Assembly: GCA_963699755.1 (NCBI GenBank)
Contig: CAVOVB010000001.1
Coordinates: 1,184,001 to 1,248,000 of the forward strand
Source of the DNA: an uncultured delta proteobacterium
Lineage (GTDB): Bacteria; Myxococcota_A; Polyangia; Polyangiales; Houyiibacteriaceae
Reading direction: 5' to 3'
DNA length: 64,000 bases
Positions 1 to 10,399 of the stretch are shown piece by piece. A program made the position numbers and the translations under genes. A model generated the notes under the pieces. That model did not search any database. It saw only the letters and a program-made list of their open reading frames with translations, and was not told where the DNA came from. Each line of letters begins with the position of its first letter. Position 1 is the first letter of the stretch.

Positions 1-2
1 TC

Positions 3-482
3 TTTCTCGAGGGCGAAACGCTGTATGGCGTCAAAGGCGAGGTTCCGGATGAAGGCGTGGAGGAGCTCACCCCAATTGGGGTGAGTCGTTTGGCCCGCCC
101 GGGAACCGACTGCACGATCGTGACCTGGGGGCGCCCGTACTACACGGTCTTGGCCGCTTCGGAGAGGCTTGCCAGCGAAGGCATCGACTGCGAGGTAGTC
201 GATCCACGCACCCTCCGGCCGCTCGATACCAGCCTGATGGTCGAGAGCGTGAAGAAGACCAATCGCTGTGTGGTGGTGCATGAGCACTGGCCTTATGGCG
301 GGCCTGGAGCAGAGATCGTCGATCGCATTCAGCGTGAAGCCTTTGATTACCTCGACGCGCCGGTCGAGCGGGTGACCGGGCTCGACGTACCGATGCCCTA
401 TGCGCTGAATCTAGAGGACAAGGTCCTTCCAACGGAGGAGCGGGTAATCGACGCGGTGAAGCGCGTCGCGTACGCGAGCTGA
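3..482 (+). CDS. pdhB: Pyruvate dehydrogenase E1 beta subunit, 5'-truncated by the window edge
   Basis: Transketolase C-terminal motifs (EVVDPRTLRPLD, FDYLDAPVERV); frame open from base 3; directly upstream of E2. Confidence 0.9.
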   Translation, partial: FLEGETLYGVKGEVPDEGVEELTPIGVSRLARPGTDCTIVTWGRPYYTVLAASERLASEGIDCEVVDPRTLRPLDTSLMVESVKKTNRCVVVHEHWPYGGPGAEIVDRIQREAFDYLDAPVERVTGLDVPMPYALNLEDKVLPTEERVIDAVKRVAYAS

Positions 483-486
483 GCAA

Positions 487-1731
487 ATGGCCAAGATCAT
501 CGGACTCCCCAAGCTTTCGCCCACGATGGAAGAAGGCACCCTAGTCGCCTGGATCAAGAAGGAAGGTGAGGAAGTCGAGGTCGATGACCTGCTGGCTGAG
601 GTGGAAACCGACAAGGCCACGATGGAGTTCCGATCGTTCGATCGTGGGGTCTTGTTGAAGATCTTGGTCCCGGAGGGCGAAACGCTGGCGCCGGATGTGC
701 CGGTGGCGATTATCGGGAAGACCGGGGAGGATATCTCGGGGCTGATCGAGCAGGCTCGCTCTCTCTCAGGGTCAGCCCCAGTGTCAGCCCCAGTGTCAGC
801 GCCGGTGTCAGCGCCGGCGCCAGTCTCAGCGCCAGCGTCAGCGCCCAGGACCGAGAGCGGATCTGCGGCCCCAAACGTCGGTCGCGTTCTGTCCTCTCCT
901 CTCGTCCGACGTTTGGCTCGGGAGCAGAGCATCGATCTTCGGCTTGTCCGGGGGAGCGGGCCACAGGGGCGCATCGTGAAGCGGGACATCGAATCGTATG
1001 GTGGTGGCGCCGCGGAACCCTTCGTTCCCTCGGGCGAACGTTTACCGCCTCGCGTGGTGAAGGCCAGCAGCATGCGGCGGACGATTGCGCGGCGACTCAC
1101 GGAATCCAAGCAAACGATTCCGCACTACTACCTCACGATCGACACCGATATTGCGCCCCTTGCCGATGCGCGTCTGGCCATGAACGCCGAGCTCGAAGCC
1201 GCGGGGAAGAAGGTTTCGCTGAACGATCTCATCATCAAAGCAGCCGCGGTGGCCCTTCGGCGCGTTCCCGAAGTCAACGCATCCTGGATGGACAAGGAGA
1301 TTCACTACCATCAAGTGGTAGACATCTCGATTGCTGTTGCCATCGAAGACGGCCTGATGACTCCGGTGCTGCGCGACGCTGATCGAAAAGGCGTCGCCCA
1401 GATCGCCGACGAAGTCCGCGCCCTCGCCGAGCGCGCCAGAGACAAGAAACTCGAGCCTGAAGAGATGAGCAATGGAACCTTTTCGATTTCGAACTTGGGT
1501 ATGTTCGGCATCGAAGACTTCACAGCGGTCATCAACCCGCCCGAGGGCGCAATCCTTGCAGTCGGGACGATTCGCAACGAGCCTGTCGTCCAGGGCGATG
1601 CCATCATCCCGGGCCGTCGCATGCGCTTCACGATGAGCTGCGACCACCGAATCATCGACGGAGCCACAGGGGCAAGGTTCATGGAAGCGTTCAAGCGAAT
1701 CATCGAAGCACCGCTCAACATGCTCCTCTGA
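487..1731 (+). CDS. pdhC: Dihydrolipoamide acetyltransferase (PDH E2)
   Basis: Lipoyl domain VETDKA, E3-binding GSGPQGRI, catalytic DHRIIDG. Confidence 0.93.
   Translation: MAKIIGLPKLSPTMEEGTLVAWIKKEGEEVEVDDLLAEVETDKATMEFRSFDRGVLLKILVPEGETLAPDVPVAIIGKTGEDISGLIEQARSLSGSAPVSAPVSAPVSAPAPVSAPASAPRTESGSAAPNVGRVLSSPLVRRLAREQSIDLRLVRGSGPQGRIVKRDIESYGGGAAEPFVPSGERLPPRVVKASSMRRTIARRLTESKQTIPHYYLTIDTDIAPLADARLAMNAELEAAGKKVSLNDLIIKAAAVALRRVPEVNASWMDKEIHYHQVVDISIAVAIEDGLMTPVLRDADRKGVAQIADEVRALAERARDKKLEPEEMSNGTFSISNLGMFGIEDFTAVINPPEGAILAVGTIRNEPVVQGDAIIPGRRMRFTMSCDHRIIDGATGARFMEAFKRIIEAPLNMLL
772..846 (+). repeat. Imperfect 12-bp tandem repeat encoding the SAPV linker of E2
   Basis: tcagccccagtg / tcagcgccggtg units. 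Confidence 0.8.
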
Positions 1732-1863
1732 GCGACACCATACGATTGGAGAACGGCTCGCCTTGCATGGTCCGAGCTCCCCAGTGCATCCGACCACCTT
1801 TGCAAGGCGAGCCATTCGACGCAGCCCCGTGTCACGCTTTTTTCCGCGCCCCGGCTCGCGTTT

Positions 1864-3270
1864 CTAGCAGGAACCGTGGAAGCGTTTGGCATCTGCGGGG
1901 AAGATTTTCCCCGGGTTCAAAATGTGCTTTGGGTCGAAGACGTCTTTGATCTTCTCTTGGAGAGCGATCAGCGCCGGAGACTGCTCCATGGACAGATACG
2001 GCGCCTTCAGAACCCCGATTCCATGCTCGCCGCTCAGGGTGCCATGCAGGTCGATAGTGCGTCGAAAGAGTGCCTCGATCGCCTTGTCGACTCGGATCTT
2101 GTCGTCCGGATCATTCCAAAGAAAATTGACGTGTAGATTGCCGTCACCTGCATGGCCATAGGTTGGAACCACTAGCTCGTGTTGGTCGGCGAGCTCTGCG
2201 CAGTAGCGGAGGAGATCGGCCATCTTGGTGCGTGGCACGACGATGTCCTCCGAGAGCTTGTTCTTGGCGTGCCGCTTCAAGCTGTGACTGAGCTCACGGC
2301 GCGACGCCCAGAGGCGCTCACGTTCACTGCCGCTCTGTGCTACCAGAACCTCGAGCGCGTCCAGATCGAATAGGACGTTGCCCGTTCGTTCGAGCGCGCT
2401 TTCGAGCTCGGCCTCCGCGCCGTCGAGCTCGATGAGGAGCATCGCCTTCGTCTCGTTTGGGATCGTCAGGCCGGCTTCCGGTCGTACGATGCGGATCGCT
2501 TCTTCGTCGAGAAGCTCGATACAAGCTGGGAGCTGTCCCTGCGCCAGAAGTGCGGATACGACGGGTGCGATCTCATCAAGGCTCGAGAAGCAAGCCATGG
2601 CCGTGACGGTTGCCTCCGGCTTGGGGATCAGGCGTAGCGTCGCCTCAGTGACGATTCCGAGCGTGCCCTCGCTGCCGACCATGAGCGCGGTCAGGTCGTA
2701 GCCGGTCACGCCCTTCTTGGTCTCCCGACCCAGCTCGAGAATGGTTCCGTCGGCCATGACCACTTCCATCCCCATGACGTATTCGCGGGTCACGCCATAC
2801 TTGAAGGCGCGTGGTCCGCCGGCGTTGGCGGCGAGGTTGCCGCCAATGGCACAGGAGTCCCGGGAGTTCGGATCCGGTGGGTAGAAGAGCTGCTCCTCCT
2901 CGGTGACCCGCTTCAGCTCGCCAGTGATCAGGCCGGGCTGCACCCGGGTGGTCAGCTCGGCCTTGTCGATGCTACAGATCGCGTTCATCTTCTCGAACGC
3001 CAGCACGATTCCACCGGGAACCGGAATGGCGCCCCCGACGCGGCCCGTGCCGCCACCTCTTGGCGTGACCGGAATCTCATGCTCGTATGCGGCCTTCATG
3101 ACCGCCGAGACGTCCGCGGTGCTCGAGGCGCGTACGACCGCTTCCGGCATGCAAGGTTCGACCTCGCTTTCATCGTGCGCATAACCTTCGAGCATGCTCG
3201 GGTCACGGATGACTGAGCCGGTCCCGCAAGCGCGCTCTATCGCAATCAAAGCGCTATCGAGTGACGACAT
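1864..3270 (-). CDS. FAD-linked oxidase, GlcD/D-lactate dehydrogenase family
   Basis: PRGGGTG, YPPDP, GHAGDGNLH, SGEHGIG, LNPGK. Confidence 0.88.
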   Translation of the reverse strand: MSSLDSALIAIERACGTGSVIRDPSMLEGYAHDESEVEPCMPEAVVRASSTADVSAVMKAAYEHEIPVTPRGGGTGRVGGAIPVPGGIVLAFEKMNAICSIDKAELTTRVQPGLITGELKRVTEEEQLFYPPDPNSRDSCAIGGNLAANAGGPRAFKYGVTREYVMGMEVVMADGTILELGRETKKGVTGYDLTALMVGSEGTLGIVTEATLRLIPKPEATVTAMACFSSLDEIAPVVSALLAQGQLPACIELLDEEAIRIVRPEAGLTIPNETKAMLLIELDGAEAELESALERTGNVLFDLDALEVLVAQSGSERERLWASRRELSHSLKRHAKNKLSEDIVVPRTKMADLLRYCAELADQHELVVPTYGHAGDGNLHVNFLWNDPDDKIRVDKAIEALFRRTIDLHGTLSGEHGIGVLKAPYLSMEQSPALIALQEKIKDVFDPKHILNPGKIFPADAKRFHGSC

Positions 3271-3404
3271 ACCACCAGCCTTTGGGGCGGTCGGCGCGGG
3301 CGGTCAAGGTCCCCACGGCTCTGGGGGATGCGACGCTTGGTCGAACGCGCTAGGCTCCTCCACAAGCAGCCGCGTGCGACGATTGCCGCGCCACTCCCTA
3401 GATC

Positions 3405-4412
3405 ATGCGATTCTTTGCTTACCTCATGCTTGCCGGCGCGGTCGCAGCTGGCTGTGATCCATCGGCCGCCTCTACGTTTCCCGGTGATGCCGGAAACGAT
3501 GGCTCGGTTGATCCGGATGGCGGCGTAGCTGGCATGGGCGGCGTTGGTGGCGTTGGTGGTGGCGGCGGTGGCGGCGGCATCGGTGGCGTGGGCGGCGTAG
3601 GTGGTGGCGGCATCGGTGGCGTGGGTGGCGGAGGCGGCCCCTGGTGCCGGAGGAGCGCGCTCTGTCCCAGCTGTCCGGATCTCGACGTCCTCTGTGATGC
3701 CCAAAACCCTTGTCCGACCGGTGAGGTTTGTCTTCCCACGGGTTGCGAAGACTTGTCGCGTTGTTTCCCCATAGGCGGTGGCGCTTGCGCAAACGACGGA
3801 GACTGCGGAAATCCTGCCTACTATTGCGAGCTGACGATCAACCGTTGCCTCCGTATCGAACCCGGTTGCGATGATTCCAACGATTGCGTCGCCGGATTCG
3901 CGTGCGAGAATGGCGCCTGTGCCGACCGCCGTGTTCCCTGCCGGTTCGGTGCCGACTGCCCCCATGGCTTCACCTGTCGCTATGTGGCAGCCGACCAGCG
4001 GTTCTGTCGCCGCATCACACGCCCTTGCGACGACGACCTCGACTGCCTCACGCTCGGTGTGCCTTGCGGGGACGCGGATGGCGACGGAGCTGGGGAATGT
4101 ATGCCCTCGCTCATGCCCAACGCGCCCAACCCCGTCTCCTGTGACACGCTCCAGTGCACTGCGGGAGATGGGCCAGTCTGCGAATCGAGCATGGAAGGGA
4201 CGGTGGCCTTCTGCGGTGAGTTCGGGCCCTGCGCCTCCGTGGACGATTGCGCCTTCGGGTTCGACTGCCGGGACCTTTGGGGTGACGGCCGCAAGGAGTG
4301 CGTCTTACCGGAGGGATCCTGCGTAGATTCGAGCGTCTGCGCGATCCGCGAGGTCTGCGCGTCCCCTCGAACCGACGCTCCGCCCGCCTGCCTTTCAGGT
4401 GCTGCGAGGTAG
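3405..4412 (+). CDS. Gly/Cys-rich lipoprotein
   Basis: Lipobox-like AAGC, poly-Gly linker, many CxxDxDC repeats. Confidence 0.75.
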   Translation: MRFFAYLMLAGAVAAGCDPSAASTFPGDAGNDGSVDPDGGVAGMGGVGGVGGGGGGGGIGGVGGVGGGGIGGVGGGGGPWCRRSALCPSCPDLDVLCDAQNPCPTGEVCLPTGCEDLSRCFPIGGGACANDGDCGNPAYYCELTINRCLRIEPGCDDSNDCVAGFACENGACADRRVPCRFGADCPHGFTCRYVAADQRFCRRITRPCDDDLDCLTLGVPCGDADGDGAGECMPSLMPNAPNPVSCDTLQCTAGDGPVCESSMEGTVAFCGEFGPCASVDDCAFGFDCRDLWGDGRKECVLPEGSCVDSSVCAIREVCASPRTDAPPACLSGAAR

Positions 4413-4473
4413 CCCTTACGCGAGAGCTCGATATGCGGTAACGTGGTTTCCCCCGAATGTAAGCAATTTCACA

Positions 4474-6909
4474 ATGATGACCCCCACACAGACCGTCCGT
4501 TTTTCGACTCTTTGCGCGGCGCTCTTCGCGCTTGCGGCCTGCGGCGAGACCGAGAGCGCAGTCGACAGTGAGAACGCCGTCATCGATCCGCCGGCGCAGT
4601 GCGCCCCGGATCGTCCCGATTGTTCGATCAGCGTGGACCAGCCCGTGGCGAGCGACTTGAACGCCGAGAACTCGGCCGGCATTCGCTATTCGAATGAGAC
4701 GGGCTCACTGGTCATCGACCGAGTGACCTCGCTGCCTGATGCAGATGGCGACGGGGTTCCGGACGATGCGGACGATTGCCCCGGGACGCCGGACTGGATC
4801 AGTTGCGACGACGATCCCAGCAACGACGGGCTCTACCAGACGGCGTTCTATGACCCCAGCGGCGCAGACGAGGTCGTTCGGAGCTCTACGGTGAGTCTTG
4901 TCGCCGAGATTCCGAAAGTCGACATCTACTTCCTGATCGACGCAACGCCGACGCTCGCCGAAGAGATCGCCGAACTTCAGGCCGAGATTCTCAACATCAT
5001 CGGCGACATTCTCCTGAGCTTCCCGGACGCCCGGTTCGGACTTGGCCTCTATCGGGCGTACCCACTGGCCCCGCTTGCGGCGGCGTACAGCCAGGCGCCC
5101 TATCATCACATTCTCGACTTCACCGACGATGTGGCGCTGGTGGAGACCGCTGTCAGCACCCTGAACACGGTGCAGAACGGGAAGCAGGCTACAGCCGCAA
5201 CTCAGGCGCTCTACTCGGTGGCGTCAGGGCTCGGTCTCGCTGATACGGTTCCGAATCGCGGAGCCTGCCCGGACGCGCCCGTTGCCGATATCGGCTACCC
5301 CTGCTTTCGCGATGGCGCCTTGCACCTGGTCATGAACATCACCGACGCCGAGGTGTTCAATGGGCCGAGGCTCACGGACGGCTCTCAGTACGATGACGAG
5401 GGCTTTATGCCAGGGGATATCCCCGGCGCCGACACCCTGCCTCCGGTGGAGATGTTCCCCCAGCTTTTCGACGCCGACACGGCCGCGCTTGCCCTGGATC
5501 TCGGCGATCTCTCGAGCCGATCGCTGACCTTGATGGGCATGAGCACGCTTCTGAACGACCGAGTCAATACAGCGATGGCCCCCGGTTGCGACACGGTGTC
5601 CGGCATGCCGCCGGGCGCCGACATGGATGGCAAGGACGTCGTTCTCAAGCTGCGTTTCGACTCCATTTCGCTCGGCGAACAAATCACCGTGCGCGCCGAC
5701 AACACGCACTGGCCCGCCGCCAACGTCGCGGTCTTCGACGACGCGGCACTCGACCCAGCCATGGCGCTCGCCTGTGACGGGGGCACCGTCGGTGTCGGGC
5801 TCTGGGGCGAGGTCGTCTGGCCACCATCGGCATCTCTGCAGTACTACCTCGTCGCTGACGGCATCATTCCGGCTGCCGACCCGGGTCTCATGCCCGAAGG
5901 GGCGTTCAGCATCTCGATCCTCCGCAGCGGCGACCTACTCGGTAACCCTGCCTGGCTCACCTCGGCTGCGCCGGTGGCTTGGGCCGACGTCGAAGCCGTA
6001 CTCGGCTCGAGCAACATCCGCGTCGCCAGCGTGGTGACCTTGAGGGACGCGATGAGCATGACCAGCGCGGGTACCGCGGACGCGAGCGCGATCGCCTTGG
6101 CCACAGACGCCCGCACCCGATTCGGTGCTCCCTGGCTCACCGAGCTCACCTCGTCGATTGGCGAAGGCCTCGGTGCCGCGATCGGCAACACCATTGCCCT
6201 CGCAAAGGACGACTCGGTCTACGACATCTCGATGGTGGACCTCGACAACGACGCGACCGCCATCGACGAAACGGAGCTCATTGCGCAGATTGTACAGACG
6301 AGCTGCGCCGAGGGGCAAGCGCTTGGCTGCGCCTCCGGGACAGCGAACGAGTGCCGCAATTGTGAGCTTGGCGCCGCCGTGGAGTACCAGGTGCTCTTCT
6401 CCAACACGACGGTCGAGCCCACGAGCAGCTCTCAGGTCTTCGACTTCGAGATCGTCGTCTGGGCCGACGATGTCGTTGAGGTCGAGCGGATCCCGGTTCG
6501 CGTCATGGTGCCCGACGCGGCCGCCCACGTGTTCGATGACACGCCCGCCGCGGCCTTCTATCGCAACGCTTACGACAGCACCGAGCGCTGCGACACGCCG
6601 CCCGAGCGTCCAAGGTGGGGCGAGCTGCGTTGGGAGGGCAGCACGCCCTCGGATTCCAGCATCGAGTTCCAGATTCGGACCGCAGCGAGCCTCGGAGAGC
6701 TGCCGAGCGCGATCCCCCTCGTCATCTCGGCCAGCGGCAGCGCAGTGAGCGGCACGTTCAACGTCAGCGAAGAGCTGATCGCGGCCGGCCAGACATTCGG
6801 ATTGCCTTATATCCAAATCACGGCGGTTCTCAATCCATCGAACAGCCCGCCCACGACACCCACGCTGCTTGGATGGACCTTCGAGTTCATCTGCGAGCCT
6901 GCGGAATGA
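4474..6909 (+). CDS. Large lipoprotein with Ca-binding (TSP3-like) repeat and VWA-like domain
   Basis: LAAC lipobox, DADGDGVPDDADDCP, VDIYFLIDAT strand, PCFRDGALHLVMNITDA; start uncertain (frame open from 4399). Confidence 0.7.
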   Translation: MMTPTQTVRFSTLCAALFALAACGETESAVDSENAVIDPPAQCAPDRPDCSISVDQPVASDLNAENSAGIRYSNETGSLVIDRVTSLPDADGDGVPDDADDCPGTPDWISCDDDPSNDGLYQTAFYDPSGADEVVRSSTVSLVAEIPKVDIYFLIDATPTLAEEIAELQAEILNIIGDILLSFPDARFGLGLYRAYPLAPLAAAYSQAPYHHILDFTDDVALVETAVSTLNTVQNGKQATAATQALYSVASGLGLADTVPNRGACPDAPVADIGYPCFRDGALHLVMNITDAEVFNGPRLTDGSQYDDEGFMPGDIPGADTLPPVEMFPQLFDADTAALALDLGDLSSRSLTLMGMSTLLNDRVNTAMAPGCDTVSGMPPGADMDGKDVVLKLRFDSISLGEQITVRADNTHWPAANVAVFDDAALDPAMALACDGGTVGVGLWGEVVWPPSASLQYYLVADGIIPAADPGLMPEGAFSISILRSGDLLGNPAWLTSAAPVAWADVEAVLGSSNIRVASVVTLRDAMSMTSAGTADASAIALATDARTRFGAPWLTELTSSIGEGLGAAIGNTIALAKDDSVYDISMVDLDNDATAIDETELIAQIVQTSCAEGQALGCASGTANECRNCELGAAVEYQVLFSNTTVEPTSSSQVFDFEIVVWADDVVEVERIPVRVMVPDAAAHVFDDTPAAAFYRNAYDSTERCDTPPERPRWGELRWEGSTPSDSSIEFQIRTAASLGELPSAIPLVISASGSAVSGTFNVSEELIAAGQTFGLPYIQITAVLNPSNSPPTTPTLLGWTFEFICEPAE

Positions 6910-6935
6910 TCTGAGCCTGCTAGCATCGGAGCGGC

Positions 6936-7913
6936 GTGGCTGAAGCAGGGAGAAACCCAGGCCTCGCTGTCTGGGTCTGGGTGCCGATCGCCGCTCTAGC
7001 GGCGTTCGAGCTCGTGGCGCAACCGATGATTCGCGCGGCGACGCCTAGCGACCGCTCCTGGGAGGCGGCATCGGAGTACGTCCGGGCGCGCTACCGGTCT
7101 TCGGACCGTATCGTCGCGGCCCCGGCCTGGGCGGACCCCATCGTTCGCGCGCACCTAGGAGACCTTCTTTCCTTGCGCATGGCCGCTCCGCCCGACGCTG
7201 CCGGCATCGATCGTCTCTGGGAGCTCAGCATTCGCGGCGCCAGCAGTCGTGATGAGCCCGTCGATCTCGAAAAGGATTTCGATGGAGTGCGCGTGAGAAT
7301 GTGGTCTTTGCCGAGCCAGGAGCTCGTCTACGATTTCGTCGAAGAGATCGCGAGCGCCAAGGTGGAGCTTTTCGACGCGGATCAATCCAAGGCCTGCCCC
7401 TGGGTAGCGGCACGCCAGGCACCGGGAGGCCTCGAACGCGGGCCGATGACCCCCCGGGAACGCTTCGTCTGCGACGCCAGGCGCCCCTGGCTCTGGGTGG
7501 GTGCGACGGTTCTCTCGGACCTCGAGCTCCAACCGAGGCGTTGCATCTGGCAGCACCCCGCCGGCCCCGATCCGGTCCGCGTCACGTTCACCGACGCTCC
7601 GCTAGCCGATCGCCTCCTGGTCTATGGAGGTATCGACTACCAAGCGGAGCGCAAGCGCATTCACGTCCCGGTCACGCTGCGGGTTTGGATCGACGAGCGG
7701 CTCGCCACTGAGCTCGTCCACGAGGATGGCGACGGCTGGTCGGGAGTCGAAATCGACACCGGTGGGCTCGGCCTCGAGCGTGCCACCGTGCGCTTTGAAA
7801 CCACGGCAGACAATCCCGACGCCCGACTCTTCTGCTGGTCTGCCTCGAGCGTGAAGGGGCGAAGCCCCGTTGACGATGCGGAGCATCGGCCTTCCGGGGG
7901 GGCACCACGATGA
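6936..7913 (+). CDS. Hypothetical membrane-anchored protein
   Basis: N-terminal TM helix; ATGA overlap with the downstream glycosyltransferase. Confidence 0.65.
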   Translation: MAEAGRNPGLAVWVWVPIAALAAFELVAQPMIRAATPSDRSWEAASEYVRARYRSSDRIVAAPAWADPIVRAHLGDLLSLRMAAPPDAAGIDRLWELSIRGASSRDEPVDLEKDFDGVRVRMWSLPSQELVYDFVEEIASAKVELFDADQSKACPWVAARQAPGGLERGPMTPRERFVCDARRPWLWVGATVLSDLELQPRRCIWQHPAGPDPVRVTFTDAPLADRLLVYGGIDYQAERKRIHVPVTLRVWIDERLATELVHEDGDGWSGVEIDTGGLGLERATVRFETTADNPDARLFCWSASSVKGRSPVDDAEHRPSGGAPR

Positions 7914-9544
7914 GCGATGCCAGGGCCTTGAAGGGCTGGGATCATCTGATCGGGGCCGCCCTCTGCGTCGGGTCCCTGCTCCTCCTGGTCGCGACGGCGT
8001 CCGACTTGGCGATGTCTCGCGACGAGAGCTTCTACCTTCACGCCGCAAAGAACGCAGCCAGCTGGATCGAACAGGCTCTGAGCGATCCCTCATCGGCCTT
8101 CGAGCAGGAGCGCATCGACCAGGCCTGGCGGTACAACTGGGAGCATCCCGCCTGGATGAAGCTCGGGTTTGCTTGGAGTTGGTTGGCGCAGAAGCACCTG
8201 GGTCCGTTCTCGAACGAGTCGCTCGCCTTTCGCTTTCCGGGGATGCTCACCGCCGGCCTTTTGCTCTGGTTGATCTATGCCTGGGCCGCCTCGGTCATGC
8301 GCCGGGAGGGCGCCCTCTTCGCGGCCCTGGCGTTCGCTTGGATGCCACGGGTCTTTTATCACAGTCACCTTGCCTGCTTCGACGTCCCGATCGCGTTCTT
8401 CGTGACGCTCACGGCGTACACCTATTGGCGATCGCTGGCGGACTCCCGCTGGGTGCCATGGCTGGGTCTCTCCTTCGGCCTGGCGCTCGCGACGAAACAC
8501 AACAGCTGGATCTTGCCCGGAATCTTTCTGATCCATTTTATCTGGGTTCGGCGCGACCAAGCCCGATCTGGTCGAAGCGAGCGCGTTTCGATCGCCTGGC
8601 TCCCGTCGATGCTAGTCCTCGGTCCGCTGGTGATGATCGGAACCTGGCCGTGGCTCTGGCACGAGACCGGACGCCGGCTCCTCGCCTATGCGAGCTTTCA
8701 CCTTCGACACGTTCACTACACCTACCAATATCTGGGCACCAACTACTTCGAGCCGCCCCTTCCCGTTTCGGTACCGTTCGTCATGACGTTCTTCACCGTG
8801 CCCCTCACGGTGCTCGCGCTTTGCTCGTTTGGCCTCTACGAAAGGCGGGACGCGCTTCGGCCCCCTTGGATGACGAAAGCAGGCGCCCCGACGAACCGCA
8901 GGACCGAGGTGCTCTGGTTCGGCTGCATGCTTGCGCCTTTGCTGGTGATCGCGCTTCCGAGCTCTCCGATCTTCGGCGGCACCAAGCATTGGATCACCGC
9001 CTACCCGTTCTTGGCCCTCTTTGCCGGTTGGGGCTTGGTTGCCGTCGTCGAGAGAGCCGAGATTTCGGCCTGGATGGGGCGACGCTGGCCGACCTGGGCC
9101 TTTGCCGCGCTTTGCCTCTTGCCGGGTGCGGTACAGACCGCGCACAGCCATCCTTTTGGCCTGTCGCACTACACGCCGATCGCCGGGGGCGTGTCTGGCG
9201 CGGCTGACCTCGGAATGAATCGCCAATTCTGGGGTTTCACGACCGGAAGCTTAGCGAGCTGGATCAGGGAGAAGCTCCCATACGGCGGCTCGGTCTGGAC
9301 TTGCGACACAACCAGTGGGTCCTGGGCCATGATGCAACGGGACGGTTTGATTCCTCCGAACATTCGTGCGGCAAGCTCCATGGCCTCCGCGGATTTGGCC
9401 CTGGTTCACCACGAGCCGCATTTCGCCGAAGTCGACTATCAGGCATGGGTCGCCTTCGGGAGCGTGCAGCCCGTCTTCGTCCTGCGCTACGACGGTGTCC
9501 CGATCATCTCGGTGTACGAGAACCCAAGGAAAATCGGTCGCTAA
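7910..9544 (+). CDS. ArnT/PMT-like (GT-C, family 39/83) membrane glycosyltransferase
   Basis: DE motif after the first TM (SRDESFY), EHP, GLALATK, multiple TM helices. Confidence 0.8.
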   Translation: MSDARALKGWDHLIGAALCVGSLLLLVATASDLAMSRDESFYLHAAKNAASWIEQALSDPSSAFEQERIDQAWRYNWEHPAWMKLGFAWSWLAQKHLGPFSNESLAFRFPGMLTAGLLLWLIYAWAASVMRREGALFAALAFAWMPRVFYHSHLACFDVPIAFFVTLTAYTYWRSLADSRWVPWLGLSFGLALATKHNSWILPGIFLIHFIWVRRDQARSGRSERVSIAWLPSMLVLGPLVMIGTWPWLWHETGRRLLAYASFHLRHVHYTYQYLGTNYFEPPLPVSVPFVMTFFTVPLTVLALCSFGLYERRDALRPPWMTKAGAPTNRRTEVLWFGCMLAPLLVIALPSSPIFGGTKHWITAYPFLALFAGWGLVAVVERAEISAWMGRRWPTWAFAALCLLPGAVQTAHSHPFGLSHYTPIAGGVSGAADLGMNRQFWGFTTGSLASWIREKLPYGGSVWTCDTTSGSWAMMQRDGLIPPNIRAASSMASADLALVHHEPHFAEVDYQAWVAFGSVQPVFVLRYDGVPIISVYENPRKIGR

Positions 9545-10320
9545 GCCGAACGCTCGCCGGCCTTGTCGATGCCGGCGCGGGCCTTGTTCATGAGGACGAT
9601 GAGGCTCTCGACGATGCCGATGATCACGTATGCGGCGAGCAGCCAAACCAGCGCCATCGACGGGTGGACCTTGAGAGCGATCCAGACCGTGACGCCGAGC
9701 GCCACGGAAATGAACAGCACCGTGCGCAAATTGAGCTGCAAGTCTTTGAAGGAGCGAAACGGCATCGCGCTCACCATGAAAACCGAAAGTGCCAGCACGA
9801 GAATCGAGATCAGAAATGGTGAGAACGGCAGCTTTCCGGTAAGCGTGTTTGCGACCACGATCGAGATGAGGATTCCGGCTGCGGCGGGGATCGGCAGGCC
9901 TTGCGTGTATTTGTCAGGGCGCTCCGGGTGCCCGTCATCGCTTGTCGAGGTGACATTGAAGCGCGCGAGCCTGATCGCACCTGCAGCGACGTATAGAAAG
10001 CCGATGAACATGCCGGCCGTACGGAGCTCGGAGAGCGACCAGTGATAGACGAGGACGGCGGGCGCGACCCCGAAGGAGATCACGTCGGCGAGAGAGTCGA
10101 GCTGAACCCCGATGGCGGACTGGGTTTTGGTCAGGCGCGCCACTCGGCCGTCGATACCGTCGAAAAAGAGGGCGAAGACGATGAGGAGGGCTGCGCGATA
10201 AAAATCGTCGGAGTCGGGCTGGTCCGATAGAATCAGGAGGGCGTTGTAACCGCAAAGCACACTCGACAGTGTGAAGAGATTGGGAAGAATGAAGAGGCTC
10301 TTCTTTAGGTCGACTTTCAC
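9541..10320 (-). CDS. pssA: CDP-diacylglycerol--serine O-phosphatidyltransferase
   Basis: DGIDGRVAR...G..LDSLAD..SFGVAPA, RLARFN. Confidence 0.92.
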   Translation of the reverse strand: MKVDLKKSLFILPNLFTLSSVLCGYNALLILSDQPDSDDFYRAALLIVFALFFDGIDGRVARLTKTQSAIGVQLDSLADVISFGVAPAVLVYHWSLSELRTAGMFIGFLYVAAGAIRLARFNVTSTSDDGHPERPDKYTQGLPIPAAAGILISIVVANTLTGKLPFSPFLISILVLALSVFMVSAMPFRSFKDLQLNLRTVLFISVALGVTVWIALKVHPSMALVWLLAAYVIIGIVESLIVLMNKARAGIDKAGERSA

Positions 10321-10399
10321 GCCAGGCTCGACTCCATCCGCAGAAGCAGGGCTCTCACCTTACGAGAACGGGAATTTCGTGTCCAGTCCGTGTGTCGTA

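Noticed and set aside
3535..3638. GGC/GGT-rich repeat (possible G-quadruplex or VNTR)
   Set aside because: Explained by the poly-Gly linker common to lipoproteins in this genome.
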